DNA from: Planctomycetota bacterium
GTDB taxonomy: Bacteria; Planctomycetota; UBA1135; UBA2386
Length of the DNA: 64,000 bases
Assembly: GCA_016235155.1 (NCBI GenBank)
Contig: JACRLW010000056.1
Location: 4,005 to 68,004 of the forward strand
Reading direction: 5' to 3'
Position numbers and translations under genes: made by a program. Within the stretch, counting starts at the first letter, position 1, and every line of letters starts with the position of its first letter. Shown in pieces: positions 54,567 through 62,974 of this stretch. The notes under the pieces are model-generated. The model did no database searches. It was given only the letters and a program-made list of their open reading frames with translations, and was not told the DNA's origin.

Positions 54567-57500
54567 ATGACCCCACGCTCGCTCCGCGTCTGCTGTTTCG
54601 ACCTCGCCTCCGCCGGCCAAGGTGGCGCGCTGCGCCTGCAGATCCCGGGGCGCCCGCTCGCCGAAGCGCGCGTCGTGACGGCCGTCGATCTCGCGGCGAT
54701 CGCGGCCGGCGCCGAGACCCTTCGCGACGCCGAACGCGCGCGGCGCAGCGGCTCCAGGGTCGATCCGGCGGGACCGATGCGGGCGCACGGCGAGGCGATC
54801 TACCGGCTGCTCGACGGCCCGGGGCGCGACCTGACGTCCGCGCTGCACGACGCGCACGAACACGGCTGCGATCTGCTCGTCGTCGTCCGGCTGCTCGGCA
54901 ATCCCCGCACGCACCCGGCCTGCGGCTGGCGCTTCGAACTCGCGCACGACGGCGACGGACACGTCGCGCGGCGCCGCGGCGTGCAGTTCGTGGTGCAGTA
55001 CGGCGATCGCGCGGTCGGCGAACCACAGCGCCTCGATCACGGCCGGCTGCGCATCCTGTTCATGGCCTACTCGCCGCAGGGCGTCGAGCCCGTGCTCGAC
55101 TACGAAGGCGAGGAGGAAGCCGTGCTCGAAGCGCTCGCGCCGAACGTCGAGGCCGGCCGCGTGAGCGTCGAGGTCGTCGAGGACGGCACGCTCGCCGAAC
55201 TCGGGCGACGCCTCAAGACCGCGCGCTACGACGTCGTCTACCTCAGCGGGCACGGCGAGCTCCGCGAGGACGGGCCGGTGCTGTTGCTCGAGGACGAGGT
55301 TGGCGGACTCGATCTCGTGGGCACCGAGCGCCTGTTCGACGCGCTCGCGCGCGGGCAGACCATGCCGCAGCTCGTCGTGCTCGCGTCGTGCGAGACCGCG
55401 GGCAACCGCGACGACGTGGCGAGCATGGCGGCCGGCCTCGTCGCGCGCGGCGTTCCCGCGGTGCTCGGCTGGGTCCGCCCCGTCGCCGACGCGGACGCGA
55501 CGCAGGCGAGTCGTGATCTCCTCGACCAACTCGCGACCGGGCACGCGCTGCCCGAGGCCGCGGCGTTCGCACGGCGCGAACTCGCCGACACCGACGCGAA
55601 GCGGCACGCGCCGGCGCGCACGCACGGCTGGTCGACCATGCACCTCGCGACCGGCGAGGCCGCGGGCTTCGCGCTCGACGTCGGCGTTCCCCCACCGGAG
55701 GCGGGCCTCGCGCCACCGACCGAGATCTACAAGTTCCTCGGCGACGGCCGCATGCGCGTGCTGCAGCAGGGCTTCGTCGGGCGCCGCCGCGCGCTGCAGC
55801 GCCTGATCCGCATCCTCCGTCACGGCAAGGACGGCGACGCGACGCGCGCGGGCGCGGTCGTGATCGGCATGAAGGGGGTCGGCAAGTCCTGCCTCGCCGG
55901 CCGCGCGATCGACCGACATGGCCAGGACAGCGGCGAGCTCGCGCTGCTCGTGCTCCACGGCGCACTCGACGACGCGACCGTCCTCGAACACGCGCGGCGC
56001 TGCGCCGTCGCGTCCGGCGACCGGGAGGCGGAGAAGGTGCTGGAGAACGTCAACGAGCCGGTCGAGCGGCGCATCGAGCGCCTGCTGCTCGGCCGCTGGA
56101 GCAAGCGCGCGCTGGTCGTCGTGCTCGACGACTTCGAGAAGAACCTCGAGCTGTGTCCCGACGGCCTCGCGCGCCTCTCGCCCTTCGCCGCCCCTCTGCT
56201 CGGCACGCTGCTGCCCGCCTGCCGCACGGCCAAGGCGAAGGTCCTGATCACGAGCACCGTCGACTTCGAGCTGGCGCCGCAGCTCCAGGGCTCGCTCAGC
56301 GCGATCGAACTCGGCCCGCTCGAACCGAGCGACGTCCGCAAGCTCTGGACGCGCGGCCGCGAGACCGACCTGCGGGACGTCTCGCCCGCGCAGTGGGACG
56401 CGCTCGCCGAGCGCCTCGGCCGCAACGCCCGCATCCTCGACTGGGCGCGCATCCTGCTCGGCGGCCGCAGCTCGCGCGAGATCGAGGACCTCGTCGCGAA
56501 GGCGCAGGCGGAACTGCCGGTGTGGCGCGAGGGCGCCGGGGATGTCGACGCGCAGACCCGGCTCGTCGAGCTGTTCCTCTTCCACTCCGCGCTCGACCGC
56601 GCGCAAGCCGAGGCGCACCCGGACGTGCGCGTGTTCCTCGAGCGCGCGCGGGTCTACGAACTCGCGGTACCGATCGAAGCGTTGCTGCCGATGGGCGATG
56701 GCCTTCAGCTCGACCTCCGCCGCGAGATCCCGGCGCTGGCGAACGTCGGGCTGCTCGAGTTCGGCAGCTTCGAGGGTGGGCGGGGCTACCGGGTGAGTCC
56801 GCTGGTCGTCGCGGAGTTAGCTGTCGCCGACGCTGAGCGCTGGCACCGCGCGGCAGCCCAGTACTTTGAGGGGGTGTCGAACACGAGGCATGGCCGGCGA
56901 GCTGATCTCATTACGCGCGCATGGGAGCATTCGCTCTTCGCGGACACCGAAGACCTCTCAGACCGCCTCGGAAGCCAACTCCGGGCACACCTGCACCTGG
57001 AGGGCCTGTACAGCATGGCCTATTCCATGGCCGAGCGTCAGATTCGCGCGTATCCACACAGCTTTTTCGCCGCACTCTGGGCGGGAGATGCCGCACTCGA
57101 TGCTGGACGAGTGTCAGAGGCCAGAACGCATTTCGAACTCGCGGATCTCCATGCAGAGCGTCCCGACATCGACCCGCTGCTCGTCGCAATGCTCCATCAT
57201 CAGTACGCACGAGTTCTCGCGACACAAGGCGAGTTCGACAGCGCATGCGAACGGCTAGGGAGCTCCTACGCACTCCTCCTTAGGTGCTTTGGTACGGAGG
57301 CACGTCTTGAGATTGCAACGTCTCTTCACCAGCTCGCAGTGACATTGAGCGATCGGCGAAAGCCGCTCGAGGCGCTCCCAGTAATCACACGTGCACTCGG
57401 AATCCGCCGGGCCCTTCTTGGAACGGATGAGCACCGCGACGTCGCAGCAGACGTCCACGAACTTGCGCGAGTCCTGCGCGCACTCGATAGGCTGCCAGAG

Positions 57501-58265
57501 GCAAGAGCGCAAATAGAGCATTCAGTGGCAATCAAACGTAGGCTCTTTCCAGACAACGATCACCGGGACGTCGCTGCCAGCCTACACGAACTTGGGTCCA
57601 TACACCGAGCTCAAGGAAACCTTACAGATGCTGGTGCTTGCCTGACGCAGGCGCTTACCGTGCAGCGGCGCGTGTACACGACCGATGATCACCCGGACGT
57701 CGCGGGCACGCTTCACGAACTTGCGCTGGTCCTCTTTGAGCAGCAAGCAGCCGACGCTGCAATAGAGTCTTTGAGGAAGGTGCTGACGATCGAGAGTCGG
57801 ATCTACCACACGCGCAATCACTACAGGCTGGCTGAGTCCGAGTTTGCTCTCGGGATGATGCTTATCGAGAACGACAAGGCAGAGGAAGGCACGGAGTTCG
57901 TGAATCACGCCCTCGAGGTCCTGCGCGCACAGGTGCCCGGGCATCCGATTCTGCAGCAGATCGCGCGCATCTCACCGGTGAACGTCGCCAGAGCTGCGCT
58001 CGGGGCGCGACAGAGCGGAGAGCGCGGTGACGCCCTCGATCAGGGTCTCGACGCACTGCACAAGGCCGGCGAGCCGCACGCGACCGTGGCGGCGTACCTC
58101 GACGCGATCGCGCGACGCGCCGGTCCGGCGCTCGTGCCACTCCCCGGCGGCGCTCGCTCGCTCGATGACGTGGCGCGTGACCTGCCCGAGGACATCGCGA
58201 AGTTCCTCCGCACGGTTCGTGACGCCGCCCTGGCCGCGGATGCCGCGCGCGAGGGCCCTGCCTAA
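54567..58265 (+). CDS. CHAT (caspase-like) protease - STAND P-loop NTPase (NB-ARC/NACHT-like) - TPR repeat protein, 1232 aa
   Basis: ORF 54507..58265; ATG 54567 preferred (GTG 54507 possible). Caspase-type dyad contexts 'DVVYLSGHGEL' and 'QLVVLASCETAGN'. Walker A 'VVIGMKGVGKSCLAGRAI', Walker B 'ALVVVLDDFEKN'. C-terminal array of TPR_12-like units ('DEHRDVAADVHELARVLRAL', 'NDHRDVAASLHELGSIHRAQG', 'DDHPDVAGTLHELALVLFEQ'). Confidence 0.85.
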   Translation: MTPRSLRVCCFDLASAGQGGALRLQIPGRPLAEARVVTAVDLAAIAAGAETLRDAERARRSGSRVDPAGPMRAHGEAIYRLLDGPGRDLTSALHDAHEHGCDLLVVVRLLGNPRTHPACGWRFELAHDGDGHVARRRGVQFVVQYGDRAVGEPQRLDHGRLRILFMAYSPQGVEPVLDYEGEEEAVLEALAPNVEAGRVSVEVVEDGTLAELGRRLKTARYDVVYLSGHGELREDGPVLLLEDEVGGLDLVGTERLFDALARGQTMPQLVVLASCETAGNRDDVASMAAGLVARGVPAVLGWVRPVADADATQASRDLLDQLATGHALPEAAAFARRELADTDAKRHAPARTHGWSTMHLATGEAAGFALDVGVPPPEAGLAPPTEIYKFLGDGRMRVLQQGFVGRRRALQRLIRILRHGKDGDATRAGAVVIGMKGVGKSCLAGRAIDRHGQDSGELALLVLHGALDDATVLEHARRCAVASGDREAEKVLENVNEPVERRIERLLLGRWSKRALVVVLDDFEKNLELCPDGLARLSPFAAPLLGTLLPACRTAKAKVLITSTVDFELAPQLQGSLSAIELGPLEPSDVRKLWTRGRETDLRDVSPAQWDALAERLGRNARILDWARILLGGRSSREIEDLVAKAQAELPVWREGAGDVDAQTRLVELFLFHSALDRAQAEAHPDVRVFLERARVYELAVPIEALLPMGDGLQLDLRREIPALANVGLLEFGSFEGGRGYRVSPLVVAELAVADAERWHRAAAQYFEGVSNTRHGRRADLITRAWEHSLFADTEDLSDRLGSQLRAHLHLEGLYSMAYSMAERQIRAYPHSFFAALWAGDAALDAGRVSEARTHFELADLHAERPDIDPLLVAMLHHQYARVLATQGEFDSACERLGSSYALLLRCFGTEARLEIATSLHQLAVTLSDRRKPLEALPVITRALGIRRALLGTDEHRDVAADVHELARVLRALDRLPEARAQIEHSVAIKRRLFPDNDHRDVAASLHELGSIHRAQGNLTDAGACLTQALTVQRRVYTTDDHPDVAGTLHELALVLFEQQAADAAIESLRKVLTIESRIYHTRNHYRLAESEFALGMMLIENDKAEEGTEFVNHALEVLRAQVPGHPILQQIARISPVNVARAALGARQSGERGDALDQGLDALHKAGEPHATVAAYLDAIARRAGPALVPLPGGARSLDDVARDLPEDIAKFLRTVRDAALAADAAREGPA

Positions 58266-58274
58266 GCTCGCGGC

Positions 58275-58967
58275 ATGGAGCCGAGTCGGATGGAAGCGCT
58301 GCGCCGGACCCTCGAACGCCAGTTCAGCGAACCCGACGGCGAGCAGCGCACCCGCGCCGAGCGCCTGCGCAGCCGGCTCTGGCCACGGTTGCGCCGGCAA
58401 CTGGACGAACACCCCCGCACGAGGGCCCGGCTCGACGCGCACACGGCGACGGACTCCGAGCTGCTCGCCCGCATGCGCGACGGCGACGCCGAGGCCTTCG
58501 ACCTGGCCTTCGCGCGACACGGCGCAGCGCTCCTCGCCTTCGCCGCGCGTTCGCTGCCGCTGCACGACGCCGAGGAGGCGACCCAGGACGCGTGGCTCGA
58601 TCTCGTCGAGAAGCGCGCCTCGCTCCCGCTCGCCGTCGAACTGCGGCCGTACCTGTTCGGCTTCGTCCGCATCGCCGTGCTCCGCGCGCTCGCGAAGCGC
58701 GTGAGCCTCGAAGCCCTGCCCCAGGACCTCGTCGACGACGCCGCAAGCGACGCCATCCTCGCCGCCTGTCGCAAGGAGGACGACGAGCGACTCGCGGCCG
58801 CGCTCGCGACGCTCGACGTGCTGGAGCAGGAGCTGATCCTCCGCTCACTCGCGGGCGAGACCGGCACGGTGATCGCGACAGCCCTCGGACTCACGCCCGG
58901 CAACGAGCGTGTGCGCAAACACCGCGCGATCCGGAGGCTCAGGCGCGCGCTCGGGAGCGCACCATGA
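58275..58967 (+). CDS. ECF-type sigma-70 family RNA polymerase sigma factor with ~55-aa N-terminal extension
   Basis: ORF 58275..58967, 9 nt after the CHAT-STAND stop. Region 2 'SELLARMRDGDAEAFDLAFARHGAALLAFAARSL..AEEATQDAWLDLV'. Region 4 'LEQELILRSLAGETGTVIATALGLTPGNERVRKHRAIRRLRRAL'. Confidence 0.85.
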   Translation: MEPSRMEALRRTLERQFSEPDGEQRTRAERLRSRLWPRLRRQLDEHPRTRARLDAHTATDSELLARMRDGDAEAFDLAFARHGAALLAFAARSLPLHDAEEATQDAWLDLVEKRASLPLAVELRPYLFGFVRIAVLRALAKRVSLEALPQDLVDDAASDAILAACRKEDDERLAAALATLDVLEQELILRSLAGETGTVIATALGLTPGNERVRKHRAIRRLRRALGSAP

Positions 58968-59149
58968 GCGGAGGCCGCCGCCCGGACCCGAACGCGACCA
59001 GGCGCGAGGCACGCCTCCGCGCACAGCTCGTGGCGCTCGAGATCCGCAAGGCCGCGACCGCCGACCGTCGATTCACCGCGCTCGCCGCGCGCCTTCGCTC
59101 GCGCCTGCGCGAGGTCGTGCGCGCCGCGCTCGCGCGCCGGGCGCAGTGA
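58964..59149 (+). CDS. 61-aa Arg-rich helical protein, translationally coupled to the sigma factor (possible anti-sigma/partner)
   Basis: Tail of ORF 58592..59149. ATG 58964 overlaps the sigma stop (ATGA). MSGGRRPDPNATRREARLRAQLVALEIRKAATADRRFTALAARLRSRLREVVRAALARRAQ. No TM or Zn motif. In this GC context coding status is uncertain. Confidence 0.4.
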   Translation: MSGGRRPDPNATRREARLRAQLVALEIRKAATADRRFTALAARLRSRLREVVRAALARRAQ

Positions 59150-59150
59150 C

Positions 59151-59966
59151 TCACCCGCACGAAGTGGCGCATTGCGCCACCCCCATCCCCCGCCACGCCA
59201 GCGACCACCGCAGCTTCCTCGCCATCCGTTCCCACGCGACGCGACGCGCGGTGCGCTCCATCCCCATGCCCCGCAGGAACTCCGTGAAGTCGCGCGCGCG
59301 GACTGTCACGCCGAGTTCCCGTTGATGGCGACGGAGCCAGCGCGCCATGCGGACGAGCATCGCGTCGCGGCGCGCCAAGCTCAGCGCGTCGACCAGTTCG
59401 GCGCGGTCGAGGTCGAGCAAGACGACTTCGACGGCGCCGCCGCTCGCGGCGCGCGCGATCAGGTTGGCGGGGTGGAGGTCGCGATGGTCCAGTCCCGCGG
59501 AGAAGGCCTGCGCGACGACGGCGCCGGCGCGGCGCAGCGCTTCCCTCCGCAGGTCCGTGCGCGCGGCGACGAACGACGGCAGAGGCAAGGCGTCGCGCAC
59601 GAGCAGGGTCGCGAGGCGCAGTGATCGGAACGGACCGCGACGGCGCGCGAGGGCGGCGACCGACTCGACGACCGCGACTCCGCGCGCGCGCAGGGCGGCG
59701 GTGACCGCGAGTTCGCCGAACGCGCGTTGCTCCGAGAGGAACAGGTCGGGCAGGAGCCGGCGCAATGCGCCGCCGCGCTTGTAGTCGCGCAGCGCGACGT
59801 CGAGCCCGGCGATGCGCGCGATGCGCACGCCGCCGCGGCCGAGAGCGCCGTCGAGCGGCACGCCGTCCTGCCAGAACTCCGCGAGCGGAACCGCCGCGAG
59901 ATCACTGCGCACGAGGGCCAGATCGCCGCCGTCCGTCCGTCGCACGTAGCCCGCGGGAGTCGTCAA
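59151..59966 (-). CDS. Kdo/LPS kinase (KdkA/InaA) family protein
   Basis: Tail of ORF 59151..60287. Start proposed at TTG 59966 (MTTPAGYVRRTDGG). 'VALRDYKRGGALRRLLPD', 'TLLVRDALPL', 'GLDHRDLHPANLI', 'VVLLDLDRAE'. Confidence 0.65.
   Translation of the reverse strand: MTTPAGYVRRTDGGDLALVRSDLAAVPLAEFWQDGVPLDGALGRGGVRIARIAGLDVALRDYKRGGALRRLLPDLFLSEQRAFGELAVTAALRARGVAVVESVAALARRRGPFRSLRLATLLVRDALPLPSFVAARTDLRREALRRAGAVVAQAFSAGLDHRDLHPANLIARAASGGAVEVVLLDLDRAELVDALSLARRDAMLVRMARWLRRHQRELGVTVRARDFTEFLRGMGMERTARRVAWERMARKLRWSLAWRGMGVAQCATSCG
59157..59183. repeat. Copy D of 27-nt element GCACGAAGTGGCGCATTGCGCCACCCC
   Basis: Identical to copy C and in the same orientation. Starts 8 nt after the 61-aa ORF stop and forms the last ~10 codons (..GVAQCATSCG*) of the convergent LPS-kinase-like gene. 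Position confirmed through ORF 58909..59325 ('HEVAHCATP'). Confidence 0.9.
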
Positions 59967-60045
59967 GCGCGCGGATGATACGGAGCACGTCGCGCCCGCT
60001 ACATTCCCGCTGCTCGCCCGCTCTCGTTCCCCACGGCCACGCACC

Positions 60046-61029
60046 ATGCTCGCTCGCCCGCTCTCTTGGATCGCCGTCCTCGCGCTCGCCACCGCCGCCT
60101 CGCTCCCGTCGCAGTCGATCAGCACGATCTGGACCGGCGGCAACAGCGGCACGACCGGTTGGACCAACCAGTTCGACCTGACGGTGCTCGCGCCCTCGGG
60201 AATCACCATCCTCGGCTTCGACGTGAACTGTGAGAACACGCGCGCCGGCGGCGTCGGCTCGCCGTTCACACTCACCGTCTGGATCACGATCGGCGGCGGG
60301 ACCTACGTCGGGAACCAGACCAATCCCGGTGCATGGACGTCGATCGCGATCGGCTCGGGCGTGTCGCGCGCGCTGGGTTCGCCCACCCCGGTCGACGTCG
60401 ACGACTTCTGGCTGGGGCCGGGCACCTACGGCATCGCGCTCGAGTACGTCGGCACCGCGATGGCGTACACGAACGGCAACGGCGCGAACCAGACCTACGC
60501 GAACGCCGACCTGAGCCTCGCGCTCGGCGCGTCGACGACCGGCCGCTTCGGTTCGCCGGTCTACTCGCCGCGCGTGTGGAACGGCGCGATCCACTACTTC
60601 GACGGCACCGCGCGCTGGTGGCCCTTCGGCGACGGCTGCCCGGGCACCGCGGGCACGCCGACTCTCGCGACAGCCGCGGGCAGCCTGCCGCGGCTCGGCA
60701 CGTTGTTCGCCCTCGAGTTCGGCAACCTCCCTGGTCCGGGAACGCTGGTCGCAGTGATGGTCGGCACATCGCGCTCGATGTGGGGCCCGACGCCACTGCC
60801 CTTCGAACTCACGCTGATCGGCGCGCCGGGTTGCAGCCTCCTGGTCGCACCCGACGCGAATGCCTTGATCGCCAGCGCGTCGACCGTCGCGAACTTCGCC
60901 CTGTTCGTGCCGCCGATCCAAAGCCTCGTCGGCGCGGCGCTCCACTGGCAGGGCGCGGTCGTCGACTTCAGCGCGAACGCCGCCGGCTTCGTGATGACCG
61001 CCGCAGGCACGAGCTACCTCGGCAACTGA
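60046..61029 (+). CDS. Secreted hypothetical protein with shared C-terminal module
   Basis: ORF 60046..61029. Signal-like [24 protein letters not shown]. '[53 protein letters not shown]'. Confidence 0.7.
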   Translation: MLARPLSWIAVLALATAASLPSQSISTIWTGGNSGTTGWTNQFDLTVLAPSGITILGFDVNCENTRAGGVGSPFTLTVWITIGGGTYVGNQTNPGAWTSIAIGSGVSRALGSPTPVDVDDFWLGPGTYGIALEYVGTAMAYTNGNGANQTYANADLSLALGASTTGRFGSPVYSPRVWNGAIHYFDGTARWWPFGDGCPGTAGTPTLATAAGSLPRLGTLFALEFGNLPGPGTLVAVMVGTSRSMWGPTPLPFELTLIGAPGCSLLVAPDANALIASASTVANFALFVPPIQSLVGAALHWQGAVVDFSANAAGFVMTAAGTSYLGN

Positions 61030-61047
61030 ATCGGGGACGCACGCCGC

Positions 61048-61746
61048 TCACGACGCCTCATCGCCCGTGATCCGCCCGTCGGTCATCCGCAGGCGGCGCC
61101 GCGCGCGCGCCGCGAGTGCCAGGTCGTGCGTGACGACGATCAAGGTGCGGCCCTCCGCGGCGAGTTCCTCGAGCAGGGCGACGATCTCCGCGCCGGATTT
61201 CGAGTCGAGGTTGCCGGTCGGTTCGTCGCAGAGCAGCAGCGGCGCCTTTGCGACCAGGGCGCGCGCGATCGCGACGCGCTGCTGCTGGCCGCCCGAGAGC
61301 TCGGCGCGGGTGTGCATCGACCGGTCGGCGAGGCCGACGCGCGCGAGCATCGCGGCGGCGCGCGCGCGGCGATCGCGCAGCGACACGCCCGCGTAGCGGA
61401 GCGGCAACGCGACGTTGTCGAGCGCCGTCATCCGCGGTGCGAGGTGGAAGGCCTGGAAGACGAAGCCGATGCGGCGCCGTCGCAGGCTGCGCTCGTCCGC
61501 GCTCAGCGACGCGAGCTCCTCGCCCAGAAGCCGGTAGCTCCCCGAACTCGGCGTGTCGAGGCAGCCGATCACGTGCAGCAGGGTCGACTTGCCCGAGCCC
61601 GAAGCGCCGGTCACCGCGACGTAGCTCTCGGCCGCGACCTCGAGGTCGACGCCGTCGAGCGCGCGCACGGGCGCACCCTCGCGTTCGTAGACCTTCGTCA
61701 CGCCGCGCAACGAGACCAGCGGCGCATCGACCGTGCGGTCACTCAT
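61048..61746 (-). CDS. ABC transporter ATP-binding protein (MacB/LolD type)
   Basis: Last 232 codons of ORF 61048..61896, from [20 protein letters not shown]. Walker A 'GASGSGKST', signature '[15 protein letters not shown]', Walker B '[12 protein letters not shown]'. Confidence 0.9.
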   Translation of the reverse strand: MSDRTVDAPLVSLRGVTKVYEREGAPVRALDGVDLEVAAESYVAVTGASGSGKSTLLHVIGCLDTPSSGSYRLLGEELASLSADERSLRRRRIGFVFQAFHLAPRMTALDNVALPLRYAGVSLRDRRARAAAMLARVGLADRSMHTRAELSGGQQQRVAIARALVAKAPLLLCDEPTGNLDSKSGAEIVALLEELAAEGRTLIVVTHDLALAARARRRLRMTDGRITGDEAS

Positions 61747-62971
61747 GCCGCAGCGCCTCCACCGGATCCACGCTCGCCGCGCGCCGCGCCGGAGCGAGGC
61801 CGGCAAGCGCCGCGACGAGACCGAGCACCGATGCGACGCCGAGCGCGACGCCCGGCGTCGGGACGGGCGAGCCGAGGTAGTCGCGCGCCGTCGCATCGAG
61901 CGGCAACGCGGCGAGTCCCATCAAGAGGAGCGTGCCGAGCCCGAGCCCCGCGCCGCCGCCGATCAGCACCAACACCAGAGCCTCGAGCAGCGGCCGCGCG
62001 ACGATCTGGCGCCGCGTCGCGCCGAGCGCCATGCGCACGCCGATCTCCGCGACGCGCTCCTCCACCATCGCGCGGGTCGAGTTCGCGATGCCGACGGCCG
62101 CGACCAGCAACCCGAGCACGCCGACGACCAGCAGGAACAGCCGCGTGCCGCCGACGATCCAGCCGATGCGCTCGGCCTGGCCCGCGTGGTCGCTGGTCCA
62201 GATCGCACGGTCGTCGCGCGGATCGAAACGCAAGCGCGCCGCGAGCCGTTCGACGACGCGCGCGAGCATCTTGGCGTGCGCCGCCGGGTCCTCGAGTTCC
62301 ACGAGCACGTAGCTCGGCCAACGCAGCGCGAAGCCCGCCTTCAGCGTGCTCACCGGCGCGAACGCCTTCCAGGCGTCCTCGCCGTCGTAGTTCATCACCA
62401 TCGCGCGCTTCACCACCACGCCGACGACGACGAAGGTCGAAGCACCGACCTGCACCTCGCGGCCGACCGGGTCCGTCGCGCCGAACAACTCGTGCGCGAG
62501 CGATTCGCCGAGCACGATCACGCGGCGCCGCTCGGCGTCGTCGATCGCCGAAACGAAGCGACCGCCGCCGCGCAAGGTGAGTCCGCGGATCGCCGCGAAG
62601 TCCGGCTCGACGCCGCGCAGGTTCACCGTCGCGCTGCGTGCGCCGGCGCGCAGCCGCGCCGAGAGCGCGTACTCCCGGCTCACGCGTCGCACGCCGTCCA
62701 GCTCGCGCAACGCGTCGACCGCGGCATCCTCGAGCCGGACGGGTCGGCCCGCGGGCACGCCGTCGAAGGGGCGCGTGGTCGAGCCGCCCGAAAGCCGCAG
62801 CATGCGTTCGCCGGATCGCGCCACGACCACGCGCATCGCGTCGTCGAAGCCCTGGCCGAATCCGGCGAGCACGACGAGACCCAAGGTACCCCAGGTCAAC
62901 GCGAACACGACGAGCGCGAGGCGACGCCGATCGGCCCACAGTTCGACGAGCAGTTCGCGAAGCTCCGCCAT
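61739..62971 (-). CDS. ABC transporter permease (MacB_PCD + FtsX domains)
   Basis: ORF 61739..62971. N-terminal TM, periplasmic domain, C-terminal FtsX 'VAEIGVRMALGATRRQI'. 8-nt overlap with the ATPase gene. Confidence 0.85.
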   Translation of the reverse strand: MAELRELLVELWADRRRLALVVFALTWGTLGLVVLAGFGQGFDDAMRVVVARSGERMLRLSGGSTTRPFDGVPAGRPVRLEDAAVDALRELDGVRRVSREYALSARLRAGARSATVNLRGVEPDFAAIRGLTLRGGGRFVSAIDDAERRRVIVLGESLAHELFGATDPVGREVQVGASTFVVVGVVVKRAMVMNYDGEDAWKAFAPVSTLKAGFALRWPSYVLVELEDPAAHAKMLARVVERLAARLRFDPRDDRAIWTSDHAGQAERIGWIVGGTRLFLLVVGVLGLLVAAVGIANSTRAMVEERVAEIGVRMALGATRRQIVARPLLEALVLVLIGGGAGLGLGTLLLMGLAALPLDATARDYLGSPVPTPGVALGVASVLGLVAALAGLAPARRAASVDPVEALRHE

Positions 62972-62974
62972 CGC

